A model generated the notes under the pieces. The model was not told the DNA's origin and did not search any database. It saw only the letters and a program-made list of their open reading frames with translations. 64,000 nt of DNA, taken from the NCBI GenBank assembly GCA_963836075.1, contig CAWIIB010000001.1, positions 1,440,001 through 1,504,000 of the forward strand. Direction: 5' to 3'. The translations under genes and the position numbers were made by a program. Below are positions 20,131 through 31,646 of the stretch, one piece after another. This DNA comes from an uncultured Acidobacteriota bacterium. Lineage in GTDB: Bacteria; Acidobacteriota; JAQAZP01. Positions within the stretch are counted from its first letter, which is position 1. Every line of letters begins with the position of its first letter.

Positions 20131-20601
20131 TCAATCGGCCTCCGCCGGCGCCCGGTCTGGAAGTTTCTCGTCCACCACCGCCACCGGCCCGGAAAGGGGA
20201 ACATCTTCCCCGGTGGCCTCCGGCACTTCAACCGGGGGTTCGTCACCATCCTCCGCTTCGGCGCCGGTCCGGGCCTCCCGCTCCTCGGGCAGCGGCCCGT
20301 CAAACACATTGAAAAACCGGCGCAGGTGGTCCATGCCCACCAGACGGTTGAGGTCATCCCGCAAACCAGCCAGCAGCAGCCGGCCACCGTTCTCGTCCAC
20401 CCGGTCCCGGATGGTGCTCAGCGCCCCGATGGCGGACACACTCAGCGTCTGGACACTGCTGAAGTCGAAGTAGATGGTGGTCACCCGGTTGGTCAACAGC
20501 AGGTCGACGTAATCGTTCATCACGCGGAGCTGTTCGAGACCGATGGGCCCGGAAAGGGTCACCACCCCAGAATTCTCAGTTTTTCGCAGGGAGATACCCA
20601 C
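20131..20601 (-). CDS. STAS-domain anti-sigma factor antagonist
   Basis: VVTLSG, FDFSSVQTLSVSAIGAL and GGRLLLAGL motifs. Acidic tail. Confidence 0.75.
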   Translation of the reverse strand: MGISLRKTENSGVVTLSGPIGLEQLRVMNDYVDLLLTNRVTTIYFDFSSVQTLSVSAIGALSTIRDRVDENGGRLLLAGLRDDLNRLVGMDHLRRFFNVFDGPLPEEREARTGAEAEDGDEPPVEVPEATGEDVPLSGPVAVVDEKLPDRAPAEAD

Positions 20602-21110
20602 GGTTCAACTCTCGCCCGCAGCGGGTCGGTTCTTTGAATATGCACGATGTACGATCGGAATCAATCGGGAAAAGTCTAGCCCAGGAGTGAAGGACAGTCA
20701 ATGAGATCAAAGATGGAAAGGAAAACTGTTGGCCGCAAATTCGGCGGAAGCGTCCTGTTCGCCCCTGTTGCGGATCGAAATATTTCCGCCGGCCCTGAAC
20801 TGCATCGCTCCGATGGGATAGATCGCCGCTCTCCAGAAACCGGTCAGCCCGGCACGCCCGTTCACGCGGTTCCGGCTGTCCCCGAACGACGACCGCATCA
20901 AAAGGCGTAGTGCTGAGATAGGTGGATATCGAAAGAACGGTGTGGTCAGGGCAACACCAATATCTCACAACCCGCTCGGTCAGGCAGCAGTCCTTGCGGA
21001 TATTGCTAACATAATCCTCACGCGGCAAGGTCATGGGAGAAACAGACGTTTCATGAAACAGATTCCCGGTGAGAGGGCAAAAATTCCCTCGGAAATATCA
21101 ATCACTGCCG

Positions 21111-21139
21111 TTGACATTTGTGATCGACTTCTATAAATT
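21111..21139 (+). promoter_or_regulatory. Sigma70 promoter for tRNA-Arg
   Basis: TTGACA-N17-TAAATT. Confidence 0.65.
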
Positions 21140-21170
21140 TGCCCTCTGTCAAAACGAGCGGTTGACATGC

Positions 21171-21247
21171 GCGCCCATAGCTCAGTTGGATAGAGCGTCT
21201 GACTACGAATCAGAAGGCCAGAGGTTCAAGTCCTCTTGGGCGTGCCA
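21171..21247 (+). tRNA. tRNA-Arg(ACG)
   Basis: GCGCCCA acceptor stem, anticodon arm TCTGA-CTACGAA-TCAGA, GGTTCAAGTCC T-arm, CCA end. Confidence 0.97.
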
Positions 21248-21273
21248 TTTCCTGACCGGGCACCACGAAAGGT

Positions 21274-21320
21274 ACCCCCAGGGCCGGTTTCGGTACCACC
21301 GGCGGGGGGTCTTTTGGTTT
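21274..21320 (+). terminator. Possible intrinsic terminator after tRNA-Arg
   Basis: ACCCCC..GCCGGT/ACCGGC..GGGGGT imperfect hairpin followed by CTTTTGGTTTT. Confidence 0.4.
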
Positions 21321-21352
21321 TCGGTACCGGTTGAAGCGCGGAGGAGCCGGTT

Positions 21353-21856
21353 TTGGCCGCCGATCCCAGATGGCCGCCCGAAGCGGCCGAATCCTTCATG
21401 CGCCTGGCGCTGGAGGAGGCCCGGCGGGCCCGGGACATCGGCGAGGTTCCCATCGGCGCGGTGGTGGTGGACCAGGCGGGAGAGGTGATCGGCCGGGGAT
21501 ACAACCGGACGATCACCGACATCGATCCCGCGGCCCACGCCGAGGTGATTGCAGTGAAACAGGCCGCTGCGGCGCTGGGCAACCACCGCCTCACCGGCTG
21601 TTCGCTGTTCGTCACCATCGAGCCCTGTCTGATGTGTCTCGGCCTGCTGATTCAGGCCCGGATCCACGGACTGTGGTTCGGCGCGGACGACCCGCAGGTG
21701 GGGGCCGTGGACGGGGTCTTCTCCCGTCTGGAGGAACGCGGCGGGTTCAACCACCGGTTCCACGTTCACCGCGGCCTGTTGGCGGCGGAGAGCCGGGAGA
21801 TGATCCAGTTATTCTTCCGCCAGCGGCGGGAAAATACCGGCTGCGAAAGCGATTGA
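21353..21856 (+). CDS. tadA: tRNA adenosine(34) deaminase
   Basis: GEVPIGAVVV, AHAE and TIEPCLMC motifs, FF..RR C-terminus. GGAGGAG RBS before TTG. Confidence 0.93.
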   Translation: MAADPRWPPEAAESFMRLALEEARRARDIGEVPIGAVVVDQAGEVIGRGYNRTITDIDPAAHAEVIAVKQAAAALGNHRLTGCSLFVTIEPCLMCLGLLIQARIHGLWFGADDPQVGAVDGVFSRLEERGGFNHRFHVHRGLLAAESREMIQLFFRQRRENTGCESD

Positions 21857-21872
21857 GAATAGAGGAACACGC

Positions 21873-21968
21873 GGAGAGGTACCGAAGTGGTCGTAACGGG
21901 GGCGACTCGAAATCGTCTTGTCCGGTTTATAGCCGGGCACGTGGGTTCGAATCCCACCCTCTCCGCCA
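21873..21968 (+). tRNA. tRNA-Ser(CGA)
   Basis: GGAGAGG...CCTCTCCGCCA, anticodon loop CTCGAAA, long variable arm. Confidence 0.95.
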
Positions 21969-22068
21969 GTTTTGATTGATTGACCAGTAGTGCAACCCCA
22001 GGTTTCGGCTGCCGCCCGGTTCATCCCGGTGCAGTGCCGGAGCCGTCCGGTCAGGCCGGGGTGGTTAC

Positions 22069-22158
<90 letters not shown>

Positions 22159-22190
22159 TTCCCTGTCCGGTTGACGTTGGAAATGATCTT

Positions 22191-22459
22191 GGCCGTGCTA
22201 GGCGGGGAGTTAGCGGTGCCCTGTACCTGCAATCCGCTATAGCAGGGCTGAATTCCCTCCCTCGGGGCGCGGGAATCCGGGTTTGGTCGCCCGATGACGA
22301 CATCAGGGGCTCGGGCCCTGTGCAACGTAAATCTGCCAACCCCGTCAGATCCGGAAGGAAGCAGCGGCACGCAGAATCTTACGTGTGCCGCAGACCAGCC
22401 TGAGTTCCGTCCCATCGACGTGGACACCGTATTCCGGTCACAACGGAGGGTGCACGGCC
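22191..22459 (+). ncRNA. ffs: Large (Alu-domain, Bacillus scRNA-type) signal recognition particle RNA
   Basis: GCCGTGCTAGGCGGGGAGTTAGCGGTGCCCTGTACCTGCAATCCGC Alu domain, GTCAGATCCGGAAGGAAGCAGC helix 8, closing GTGCACGGCC then a T-run. Lies upstream of dnaX. Confidence 0.95.
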
Positions 22460-22504
22460 ATTTAATTTTTCAACCGACTGACGTCCCCTACCGCACGCGA
22501 GCGA

Positions 22505-24250
22505 ATGTCGTATCAAGTCCTTGCACGAAAATGGCGCCCCCAGACCTTCGCCGAGATCGTCGGCCAGGAGGCGGTAACCACCATTCTGACCAACGCCATC
22601 GCCCAGGAACGCATCGCCCACGCATTCCTTTTCGCCGGCACCCGTGGTGTGGGCAAGACCACCACCGCCCGGATTCTGGCCAAAAGCCTCAACTGCACCG
22701 ATCGCCAGGGTGCTGAACCCTGCAACGCCTGTGAGGCGTGTCTGGAGATTACCGCCGACAACGCCATGGACGTGCTGGAGATCGACGGCGCTTCCAACCG
22801 GGGGATCGATGACATCAAGAACCTGCGGGAGAACGCCCGCTACGCCCCCTCCCGCGACCGGCACAAGATCTTCATCATTGACGAAGTGCACCAGCTCTCG
22901 CGGGACGCTTTCAACGCACTGCTGAAAACGCTGGAGGAACCGCCGCCCCACGTGGTGTTCATCATGGCCACCACCGAACAGCACAAACTCCCGGCAACCA
23001 TCGTTTCCCGCTGCCAGGTATTCGAGTTCAAACAGATCGCCTCCAGCGCGATCTTCCCCCACCTGGCCAGGCTCTGTGCCGCGGAGGGTGTGGCGATCAG
23101 CGAACGGAGCCTCCAGCTGGTGACCAGGGCCGCCGCCGGCAGCATGCGCGACGGCCTCTCCACCCTGGACCAGGTGATCTCCTTCTGCGGGAAGGAGATC
23201 GATGACCAGCAGGTGCTCCAGTTGCTGGACGTTACCGATTTCGACCTGCTGCAGCAGGCGGCGGCAGCCATCCAGACTGGAGACGCCGCCGGAGTGTTCA
23301 CCCTGGTCCACCGGCTGCAGGACAAGGGGCACGACCTGAACCGTTTCTGCCGCGACCTGATCACCCACATGCGAAACCTGATACTGGTCAGGCTCTTCGG
23401 CCCCGGGGAAACGTCGGGCGACGGTTCGCTGGCCATGCTCACCGGGGACGAACGGCAGGAACTGGCGGCCATGGCCGAACGGTACAGCGAACCAAACCTG
23501 GTCTGGTGCATCGACGTGCTGCTGAAGACTGACCAGGAGATCAAGTGGGCCTCCCAGCCCGCTTTCCTCCTGGAATCAGCGCTGGTCAAACTGGCCCAGC
23601 AGGCCCAGCTGGAACCGCTCAGAGAAATTCTCCGGCGCCTCGACGGCGGCCCCGTTCCGGACACCGGCGGCACGCCGGAAGGGCGGACCCCACGAACCGC
23701 TGCCCCGCCCGCACCCGCACCAATCGCCAGACCGGCCGAATCCGCCGGGAAGCCGGAAGAAAAACCGGCCGGGACGGTGGACGGGCTGCTCACGGCAGTG
23801 GCAAAATCGAAACCGTCACTTCACGGTATGATGACCCTGGCCTCCCGGATCTCTTTTGTGGACGGAGAGCTGCTCATCGAATACGCCGAAAAGAACCGCT
23901 TCCACCAGGAGAGCATCTGCCGGCCGGACAATATGAAGACGATCAGGGAGCTGGCCCGGCACCAGTTCGGCCGCAAGGTGGCGGTCAGGGTGGAAGCAGT
24001 GGACAATCCGGCGGTGGATGCCGAACCGGAACCGGCTTCCGGGCCGCCGATGCCAACCCCGGCTGCTGAACCGCCCCCGGCGGTCAAGGACCGGACGGAG
24101 GCTCCGGCCCCGGATCTGCCAACGGTGGATGAGCCGCTGATCCAGAAGGCCCTGGACCTGTTCGGTGGAAAAATCATCTCCGTGGAACCACCGGACGCTG
24201 CCGCTGGAACCGAATCACCCGCTGAAGGAGGGAACCCTGACCATGGTTAA
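22505..24250 (+). CDS. dnaX: DNA polymerase III subunit gamma/tau
   Basis: [49 protein letters not shown] and SRC motifs. Confidence 0.98.
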   Translation: MSYQVLARKWRPQTFAEIVGQEAVTTILTNAIAQERIAHAFLFAGTRGVGKTTTARILAKSLNCTDRQGAEPCNACEACLEITADNAMDVLEIDGASNRGIDDIKNLRENARYAPSRDRHKIFIIDEVHQLSRDAFNALLKTLEEPPPHVVFIMATTEQHKLPATIVSRCQVFEFKQIASSAIFPHLARLCAAEGVAISERSLQLVTRAAAGSMRDGLSTLDQVISFCGKEIDDQQVLQLLDVTDFDLLQQAAAAIQTGDAAGVFTLVHRLQDKGHDLNRFCRDLITHMRNLILVRLFGPGETSGDGSLAMLTGDERQELAAMAERYSEPNLVWCIDVLLKTDQEIKWASQPAFLLESALVKLAQQAQLEPLREILRRLDGGPVPDTGGTPEGRTPRTAAPPAPAPIARPAESAGKPEEKPAGTVDGLLTAVAKSKPSLHGMMTLASRISFVDGELLIEYAEKNRFHQESICRPDNMKTIRELARHQFGRKVAVRVEAVDNPAVDAEPEPASGPPMPTPAAEPPPAVKDRTEAPAPDLPTVDEPLIQKALDLFGGKIISVEPPDAAAGTESPAEGGNPDHG

Positions 24251-24548
24251 CATGCAGAAGCTGATGAAGCAGGCCCAGAAGATGCAGGAGCAGCTCCAGC
24301 AGGAGCTCGCCGCGATGGAATTCACCGGCTCCGCCGGCGGCGAGATGGTCTCGGTGACCGTCAGCGGCTCCAAGGAGATCAAGGCCATCGAGATCAAACC
24401 CGACGTGGTGGATCCCGACGACGTGGAAATGCTCCAGGACCTGGTGCTGGCCGCCATCCGCGAAGCGATGCGGCTGGCCGACGAAGCGGTGGGGGAAAAA
24501 CTGGGCGGATTGACCGGAGGAATGAAAATTCCCGGTCTCAACATGTGA
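24243..24548 (+). CDS. ybaB: YbaB/EbfC nucleoid-associated protein
   Basis: [20 protein letters not shown] and [12 protein letters not shown] motifs. Confidence 0.95.
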   Translation: MVNMQKLMKQAQKMQEQLQQELAAMEFTGSAGGEMVSVTVSGSKEIKAIEIKPDVVDPDDVEMLQDLVLAAIREAMRLADEAVGEKLGGLTGGMKIPGLNM

Positions 24549-24551
24549 TGA

Positions 24552-25166
24552 ATGTCCACTGAACTCGCAGAACCGTTGCGCCTCCTGGTGGAGGAATTCT
24601 GCCGCCTGCCCGGCATCGGGAAAAAATCCGCCCGCCGCCTGGCCTTCCACATGCTGCGCGGCACCGACGAGGACGCCCGGCGCATGGCGGAGACCATCGT
24701 CCAGGTCAAGGAACAGATGAGCCACTGCGAGGTCTGTTTCCAGTTCACCGACCAGCAGCCCTGCCGGATCTGCGCCGAACCAGGGCGCGACCGGGGGCTG
24801 ATCTGCGTGGTCCAGGAGCCGGGCGACATCTTCCCCATCGAGCGGGCCGGGGGGTACCGCGGCCTGTATCACGTGCTGATGGGCGCCCTCTCACCGCTGA
24901 AGGGCGTGGGCCCGGAATCGCTGAAACTGACCGAACTGCTGCAGCGGCTGGACAACACCGGAGAAGAGGACAGGGTCCGCGAAGTGATCCTGGCCACCAA
25001 CCCCGACGTGGAAGGCGAAGCAACTGCGGCCTTTACTCTGCGGCTGATCAAGCCGAGAGATATAAGAGTGACCCGAATCGGCTTCGGCCTGCCGGTGGGC
25101 GGCAGCCTGGAGTACGCCGACGAAGTGACCATGGCCCGGGCCCTGGAAGGCCGCAGGGAGATCTGA
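24552..25166 (+). CDS. recR: Recombination mediator RecR
   Basis: LPGIGKKSA.RLA, C4 zinc finger, ATNPDVEGEATA and GLPVGG.LEYAD motifs. Confidence 0.97.
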   Translation: MSTELAEPLRLLVEEFCRLPGIGKKSARRLAFHMLRGTDEDARRMAETIVQVKEQMSHCEVCFQFTDQQPCRICAEPGRDRGLICVVQEPGDIFPIERAGGYRGLYHVLMGALSPLKGVGPESLKLTELLQRLDNTGEEDRVREVILATNPDVEGEATAAFTLRLIKPRDIRVTRIGFGLPVGGSLEYADEVTMARALEGRREI

Positions 25167-25171
25167 GAGCG

Positions 25172-25669
25172 ATGCTGGAAAGCGACCTGATCCTCTACAA
25201 GAAGGACCACGACCGGGTGATGGAGGTGATCGACCGGCTCTACACCGACACCTCCGCCCGCCTGGTGGTGCTGGTGGACAAAAACGGCCAGCAGATCGTG
25301 GCCAAGGGCGACACCGAGGAGTTCGACACCACTTCGCTGGCCTCACTCACCGCCGGCAACGTGGCGGCCACCGACGGGCTGGCCCAGTTGCTGGGCGAAC
25401 GGGAGTTCACCATCCTGTTCCACGAAGGCCAGCGGGACAACATCCACATCTCGGTGGTGGCACAGCGGATCATCCTGGTGGTGATCTTCGATGAGAACTC
25501 GTCACTGGGACTGGTCCGGCTCCGCGTCCGACGTTCCAGCGGTCAACTGGAACGGATTTTCGAGACGATTCTCAACCCCGCGCCGGAAGCCCCGGCGGTC
25601 GCCGAACAGAGAGGCGAAGGGGCCCTGGAAATCACCGACGACGACATCAACCGGCTGTTCGGAGAGTAG
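25172..25669 (+). CDS. mglB: MglB roadblock/LC7 GTPase-activating protein
   Basis: LVDKNGQ, DTTSLASLTAGNVAAT, FHEG, SSLGLVRLR and EITDDDI..LF motifs. Confidence 0.93.
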   Translation: MLESDLILYKKDHDRVMEVIDRLYTDTSARLVVLVDKNGQQIVAKGDTEEFDTTSLASLTAGNVAATDGLAQLLGEREFTILFHEGQRDNIHISVVAQRIILVVIFDENSSLGLVRLRVRRSSGQLERIFETILNPAPEAPAVAEQRGEGALEITDDDINRLFGE

Positions 25670-26260
25670 ATGACCTTCATCAATTACGCAGCGCAGGAGA
25701 TCAACTGCAAGATCGTTTACTACGGTCCGGGGCTGGGCGGCAAGACCACCAGTTTGCAGTACATCCACAACCGCACCCTGCCCTCGGCACGGGGGAAACT
25801 GATCTCGCTGGCCACGGAGACCGACCGGACCCTCTTCTTCGACTTCCTGCCCCTCGACCTGGGCTCCATCCGCGGGTTCCGGGTCCGCTTCCACCTCTAC
25901 ACCGTACCGGGCCAGGTGTTTTACGATGCCAGCCGCAAGTTGATCCTCCGCGGGGCCGACGGAGTGGTTTTCGTGGCCGATTCCCAGCCCGAGCGGTTCG
26001 ACGCCAACGTGGAGAGTGTGCGCAACCTGGAGATCAACCTTCGCGAACACGGCTTCGACCTGCGCACCATGCCCTACGTGATGCAGTTGAACAAGCGCGA
26101 CCTGCCCAACGCCATGCCGGTGGACGAACTGACCAGGCACCTGCGCTACAAGGACGAACCGGTGTTCGAGACGGTGGCCACCAAGGGAACCGGCATCTTC
26201 GCCTCCCTCAAGGACGTCTCGCGCCAGGTGATCGGCAACCTCCGCCGCGGCGCCGCGTAA
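25670..26260 (+). CDS. mglA: MglA small Ras-like GTPase
   Basis: [34 protein letters not shown] and NKRDL motifs. Confidence 0.96.
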   Translation: MTFINYAAQEINCKIVYYGPGLGGKTTSLQYIHNRTLPSARGKLISLATETDRTLFFDFLPLDLGSIRGFRVRFHLYTVPGQVFYDASRKLILRGADGVVFVADSQPERFDANVESVRNLEINLREHGFDLRTMPYVMQLNKRDLPNAMPVDELTRHLRYKDEPVFETVATKGTGIFASLKDVSRQVIGNLRRGAA

Positions 26261-26289
26261 ACAAACCACCCGCAACCAGTTATGAGTAA

Positions 26290-26318
26290 TTGACATCCCC
26301 GGACGGGGAATCTATAAT
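26290..26318 (+). promoter_or_regulatory. Consensus sigma70 promoter for tRNA-Asn
   Basis: TTGACA-N17-TATAAT, a perfect consensus. Confidence 0.85.
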
Positions 26319-26341
26319 CGGCCACTCAAATTGAGAAGTGT

Positions 26342-26416
26342 TCCTCCGTAGCTCAATGGCAGAGCAATCGGCTGTTAACCGATAGGTTGCTGGTTCGAGT
26401 CCGGCCGGGGGAGCCA
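26342..26416 (+). tRNA. tRNA-Asn(GTT); apparent island integration site
   Basis: TCCTCCG acceptor, ATCGG-CTGTTAA-CCGAT anticodon arm, GGTTCGAGTCC T-arm, GGGGGAGCCA end. Confidence 0.97.
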
Positions 26417-26748
26417 TATTTTTTGTACAGTCGAAACTGAAGGCCGATCTGGTTAACAGGTTCGCTGGTATTGGACTTCTCCGGGGCTTCTCCATATCCC
26501 CAACTATTCAAAGGCTTACGCCTCCCCCCGCTATCATCACAAACTCTCTGTTCGCGACGGTTACATTCGGTGAACGAGTGCAACCCCGGTAAAAAGGCTC
26601 AATCCGCCCAAAACTCTCATACTCTCAGTATGAGTCTTGGAACGGGTTAACAGCAAATTTCGTGTGGGGTCCCGGATGTGAGTTTCGAAAACACACATCA
26701 GAGTTCGCTGGATGTGTATGGTGGGTTAGATAGCAGCGTTGTTCATTA

Positions 26749-29348
26749 TTATTCGGCTGTGGACTTGGCTTGCGGTGCCTCGGACTCCCCATCTGATTCC
26801 GGTAGCTTCGCCCGCCACTCGGCGGCCTTGTCCGGCTTGCCCCAGGCGTCGTAGAGGTTCTGCAATCTCTTTGATTATCACCTTGCAGCCGCTTCGATTC
26901 CTCTCGATGGTCCATGTATCTTGATTGTGTTCTGCGCCACGAAGGGCTGAAAGAAACTCATGCGCTTCGAGCAGCGCGTTCTCAGCTTCGTCGCGCCGCT
27001 CCATAATTGCCAGACACCTGCCATGGTACCAGAGGGTAGCACGCAAACGCCCAATGACTCCGGCTCGACTCTCTTACCCATGCAACATTTAAAGCGTACA
27101 GCGGTTCTGCCTCGTTGTAGCGGCCCTGTTGATAGTAGAGGTCGGCCAAAGATCTCCTGGTAATCATCGTATCAGTGTGCCCCTCGCCCAGTACCTGTCG
27201 GCGGAGATCAAGCGTCCGAACATACAGTAGTTCAGCTTCTTCAAGCCGGCCCTGCCCTTCATACATGACGGCCAGATCTTTCATGGCGTTAAGCGTCCGC
27301 CAATGCTCCTCGCCCAGTACGAGACGGCAGAGTTCGAGGCTCCGCACGAGAAGAGGCTCGGCCTCGTCATACCGGCCCCGGCGACGATAATGCTCTCCCA
27401 GGTTGTTCATGACGGCCAGCGTACTCGGGTGTTTCTCGCCCAAATCCCGCTTCCGGAGTTCAAGTGCCCGCGCGAACAGCGGTTCGGACTCTTCATACCG
27501 GCCCTGGTTGTCAATCACTATGGCCAGCAAGTGCATGGAATTCAGCGTATCCGGGTGCTCCTCACCCTGCACGCGGAGGCGGAGCTCAAGTGTCTGACTG
27601 AACAGGGATTCGGCCTTACCCAACAGGTCCTGGTACAGGTACAGTGCGCCCATGGTTTCCATGATGTTCAGCGTGTGGAGATGCTCCTCACCCAGTAAGC
27701 GATGGCTGAGATCCAGAGCCCGGACGAGCAGCGGCTCGGCCTCATCAGTGCGATCCAGTCTACGGTATATCTCGGCCAAGTCTGCCATTGAGGTCAGCGT
27801 GTCCAGGTGCTCTTCGCCAAGTTCCCGCTTTCGGAGCTTGAACGCGGTCTCAAGATGCTGTTCGGCGGTGGGATATGTCCCCAGCGCATAGTAGGTGTTG
27901 CCGATGGTCCTGTGGAGGGTGGCTTCGACCAACGGCTGATCGGGAAACGCCGTGTCGATGTCTTTCGCAGCCTTGTCCAGCATCCCCTCAACGGTCATCT
28001 CGCGTCCCTGGACCTCCGCCGGGTCCACGGAGGCCAGTGTGTCACTGAGGAACTTGATCGCAGCTTCAGCCTCCTCCTCCGAGGCCAGAGCCCGGTCCTC
28101 CGAGGCCAGCGCCCGGTCCCGCTCCCGCTCGGCCCTGAGATACATCCCGCTACTCACCACTAGACCCACCGCCAGCACGACGAAGATGGCCGTCAGGGCT
28201 CCGAAGAGCGCCTTGTGCCGCCGGGCAAAGATCCGCAGCTGGTAGACGATGCTCGGCGGCCGGCCGACGATCGCCTCGCCGGCAAGATAGCGCCGGATGT
28301 CCTGGGCCAGCTCCACCGCCGACTGGTAGCGGCGCTCCCGCTCCTTCTCCAGGGCTTTGAGCGCGATGGTCTCCACATCGCCTCTGAGCTGCTTGCTGAT
28401 CGTGCTCGGCCGGGTGGGCTGCTCCTCGCGGATCACCCGGGTCACCTCGTGAAAGGCTTTCTTTTTCACGTCGTAGGGCAGCCGGCCGCAGAGCAGCTCA
28501 TACTGCACCACCCCCAGGGCATAGACGTCGCTCCTGGTGTCGATGTCGTGGGGGTCGGCCTCGCACTGCTCCGGAGACATGTACTGCAGGGTGCCGATGA
28601 GCTGGCCCACGTCGGTCTGCAGGGTGGTCAGGGCCATGTCCGAGTCGGTGGAGCGGGCCACGCCGAAGTCGATGATCTTCACCTGCCCCTGGGGACCCAC
28701 CAGGATGTTGCCCGGCTTGAGATCGCGGTGGATGATCCCCTTCTGGTGGCCGTGGTGGACGGCGTCACAGACCTGGGCGAAGAGCTGCATCCGCTCCCTG
28801 GTGCCCAGCTTCTTCTCATCTGCATACTCGGTGACCGGTCGGGCATTGGGGACATACTCCATGGCAAAGTAGGGTATTGGCCCGGTGCCGTCGTCGTGGG
28901 TTCCCGCCTCGTAGACCTGGGCGATGCCCGGGTGCTGGAGCCGGGCCAGGAGCTGCGACTCATACTCGAAGCGTCTGAGGGCGCTGCTGGAGGCGATGCC
29001 GGACTTCATCACCTTGAGGGCCACGGTTCTTCGGGGTTTCTCCTGCAATGCTTCGTAAACCACGCCCATGCCGCCGGTGGCGATCACCCGTTTGATGGTG
29101 TATTGGCCGATCTTTTTAGGGAGGGGCGGTGCTTCGCCCTCGGGCTCGACTGCTGTGTCCGTCACCATGCCGGCCCTCTGCAGGACCGCCGAGGGTTCGG
29201 CGCCATCAGTCAGGATCGCCTCGGCTTCGCTTAGCAGCTCAGGATCGTCCCCGCAGGCTTGATCCAGATAGGCCTTCCGCTCCTCCTCGGGGAGGTTGAA
29301 CGCCTCCCACAGAAGCTCTTTCAGCCGTGCGAATCGCTCGGGTTTCAC
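26749..29348 (-). CDS. Ser/Thr protein kinase with TPR repeats; 3' end broken by two frameshifts (main ORF 26982-29348)
   Basis: GGMGVVY, VALK, HRDLKPGN, DFG and GTLQYMSPEQ motifs, G.EH..TL TPRs. Typical tail continues in two other frames: HGRCL...EAENALLEA, then LYDAWGKPDKAAEWRAKL to TAA at 26749. Confidence 0.88.
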
Positions 29349-29932
29349 GGGGCAGCTCCCCCTGACAGCTCATGGCGCAGCCACAGCTTGGCCACCTGCC
29401 AGTCCTTGTCAACCGTTCGATCGGATACTCGAAGGACAAATGCGGTTTCCACAACGGTCATTCCGGCAAAGACACGATACTCCACCACCTGAGCCATACG
29501 CTGATCCATCCTGGAGAGGCGGATCAGCGCCTCGTCCAGCTCGAGAATGTTGACGGCTCTTTCAGTCCCTGCGACCAGTTCCTCGTTGAGGGTCACTTTC
29601 TGGCCGTCGCCTCCTCGTTTGGCTGCCGAGCGGCGGCGCTGGTGGTCCACGAGAATCTGTCGCATGGCTCGGGCAGCGGTCCGGAAGAAGTGGGCCCGGT
29701 CCTGCCAGTCGGTGCGTGTCTGGTCAACGAGCCGGAGATACGCCTCGTGAACGATTGCCGTCGGTTGCAGGGTGTGGTCGGCGCGTTGCTGGTGCATCAG
29801 GTCTACGGCGATCCGGTGCAGTTCGTTGTAGACGTGTTCGAAAAGCCGGTCGGTGTATTCACGCCGGCCGGCTTCATCCCCTTGGAGGGAGAGGAGGATC
29901 CCGGTGAGATCTGATGGGGCGTTCTGAATCAT
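29345..29932 (-). CDS. ECF sigma factor (TIGR02999-type, STK-associated)
   Basis: VYNELHRIA, HTLQPTAIVHEAYLRL, WQDRAHFF..AARAMRQILVD, KRGG and W..AK.WL motifs. Overlaps the kinase start. Confidence 0.93.
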   Translation of the reverse strand: MIQNAPSDLTGILLSLQGDEAGRREYTDRLFEHVYNELHRIAVDLMHQQRADHTLQPTAIVHEAYLRLVDQTRTDWQDRAHFFRTAARAMRQILVDHQRRRSAAKRGGDGQKVTLNEELVAGTERAVNILELDEALIRLSRMDQRMAQVVEYRVFAGMTVVETAFVLRVSDRTVDKDWQVAKLWLRHELSGGAAP

Positions 29933-30089
29933 GAGGCCACCTTTTACTATTATCCACATGTTTACCCAATACTCAATGATTTTGCTACATTCCCCGGTGC
30001 GTGTTTTCCATCGATTTTGCGTTTTTATGAGTGGAGAATGGCGATCTGACTCGTGTCTCACAACCCCATAATTGATAAGGAGGTCTGTC

Positions 30090-31646
30090 ATGAAACGCCT
30101 ACTGGTTTTACTACTCTTCATAGTCATTCCGGTTTTTGGTATGGCGGCCACGATCCACGTTCCCGGTGACCAGCCAACCATCCAGCAGGGCATCGCTGCG
30201 GCCGTGGACGGGGACACGGTGCTCGTGGCGCCGGGCACCTATGTCGAGAACATCGACTTCCTCGGCAAGGCGATCACGGTAATCAGCGAGCAGGGGCCGG
30301 AGGTGACGATCATCGACGGCGGAAGTCCGACGAACCCCGACTTTGGCAGCGTCGTGACTTTTGATAGCGGTGAAGGGCCGGACTCGAACCTGGAAGGGTT
30401 CACTCTGACCAATGGCACCGGCACCTTATTCGAACCATCTGGTGGTAATCCTGGTTATGAGGGAGGAGGCATTTTTACACATTATTCCTCCCCGGCCATA
30501 ACCGGGAACATCATCACCGGTAACACGTGCCCTGGCATTCACAGTCTTGGTGGGGGAATCTTCGCCCATAATGCATCCCCCACGATTACCGGCAACACGA
30601 TCAGCGGGAACAGCGCTGAAGGGGGAGGGGGAATCGAACTTTCGATGAACTGTTTCTCGAATATCGCCGACAACACGATCACTGGCAATACGGGCCGGGT
30701 TTATGGCGGCGGGATATCGGTGCTCATCGACAGTGACCCGGTGATTTCCAACAACCTCATTTACGAGAATGTGTCGGAAGGCTTAATTGGCTTCGGAGGT
30801 GGTGGAATCCAGGTGGCTTTTCAATGCTCTCCGACAATCACCGGCAACACGATCAGCGGGAATTCGGCCGCCGATGTCGGTGGTGGGATAGACATCCAAA
30901 TCGACTGTCACCCGGTGATCATGAACACAATCTTCTGGGGCAATATTGCACCCACAGGAAGTGAGGGCTATGTTGGTTTCGCAGACTCCCTCGCCATCAG
31001 TTATTCCGATGTGGACGGTGGACAGACCGCGGTCTACGTGGAATCAGGCGGCACCCTAACGTGGGGCGGCGGGATGATCGACGAGGACCCGTTGTTCTGC
31101 ACTGGCCCGTATGGCGACTACCCTGATTACTACCTCAGCCAGGATCCTTGCCAGCCGGGAGTTGACAATCCCTGCGTGGACGAGGGTCATCCGTTCAGTC
31201 CGATGATCGAGGAGACGACCCGCACCGACGGCCATCCTGACAGCGGCACCGTCGACATGGGTTATCACTACCCGCTTCTGGACACCGTCACTGCCGATCT
31301 CAGCTGCGTTCCCGATTCTGGTGTCCTGCCCATTGCCACCCAGTTCAGCGTGACGCTGGGCAACGTCGTTGATTCCCACCGGACGGTCGCCGGACGGATC
31401 AACCTGACCTTGGCCAGTGGTGCGACCTATCAGAGTTGGCGAGCGGGATACACCAACCTGGGGCCGACCGAAACGTTTGTTACCGCTTGGCAGCAAACGC
31501 TGCCGGCGCTGGGGAGCCTGGTGGGGGAGAATGTCTTCGAGCTTGACGCCGAGGATGTGACGCCGCCCCCGTACAACCAGCCGCCCTATCCGCCGGCAGG
31601 GGACACTGCCACAGCATCCTGCATTGTAACGGGGATCACACCCTAA
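30090..31646 (+). CDS. Secreted right-handed parallel beta-helix protein with shared C-terminal domain
   Basis: AAGGAGG RBS, signal peptide, IHVPGDQPTIQQGI, repeated SPxITGNxIxGN..GGGI, and CTD from about 31284. Confidence 0.88.
   Translation: MKRLLVLLLFIVIPVFGMAATIHVPGDQPTIQQGIAAAVDGDTVLVAPGTYVENIDFLGKAITVISEQGPEVTIIDGGSPTNPDFGSVVTFDSGEGPDSNLEGFTLTNGTGTLFEPSGGNPGYEGGGIFTHYSSPAITGNIITGNTCPGIHSLGGGIFAHNASPTITGNTISGNSAEGGGGIELSMNCFSNIADNTITGNTGRVYGGGISVLIDSDPVISNNLIYENVSEGLIGFGGGGIQVAFQCSPTITGNTISGNSAADVGGGIDIQIDCHPVIMNTIFWGNIAPTGSEGYVGFADSLAISYSDVDGGQTAVYVESGGTLTWGGGMIDEDPLFCTGPYGDYPDYYLSQDPCQPGVDNPCVDEGHPFSPMIEETTRTDGHPDSGTVDMGYHYPLLDTVTADLSCVPDSGVLPIATQFSVTLGNVVDSHRTVAGRINLTLASGATYQSWRAGYTNLGPTETFVTAWQQTLPALGSLVGENVFELDAEDVTPPPYNQPPYPPAGDTATASCIVTGITP

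Noticed and set aside
20602-21110. 500-bp intergenic region as an ncRNA or small gene
   Set aside because: No recognisable RNA motif or convincing ORF. It is consistent with divergent promoters.
26417-26583. Small ORF reading back into tRNA-Asn (GSPGRTRTSNLSVNS) as an integrase remnant
   Set aside because: The recognisable part is only the antisense tRNA translation. No clear recombinase motif lies upstream of it.
28076-28117. 21-bp tandem repeat in the kinase (DRALASE x2)
   Set aside because: Ordinary heptad duplication in the post-TM coiled coil.
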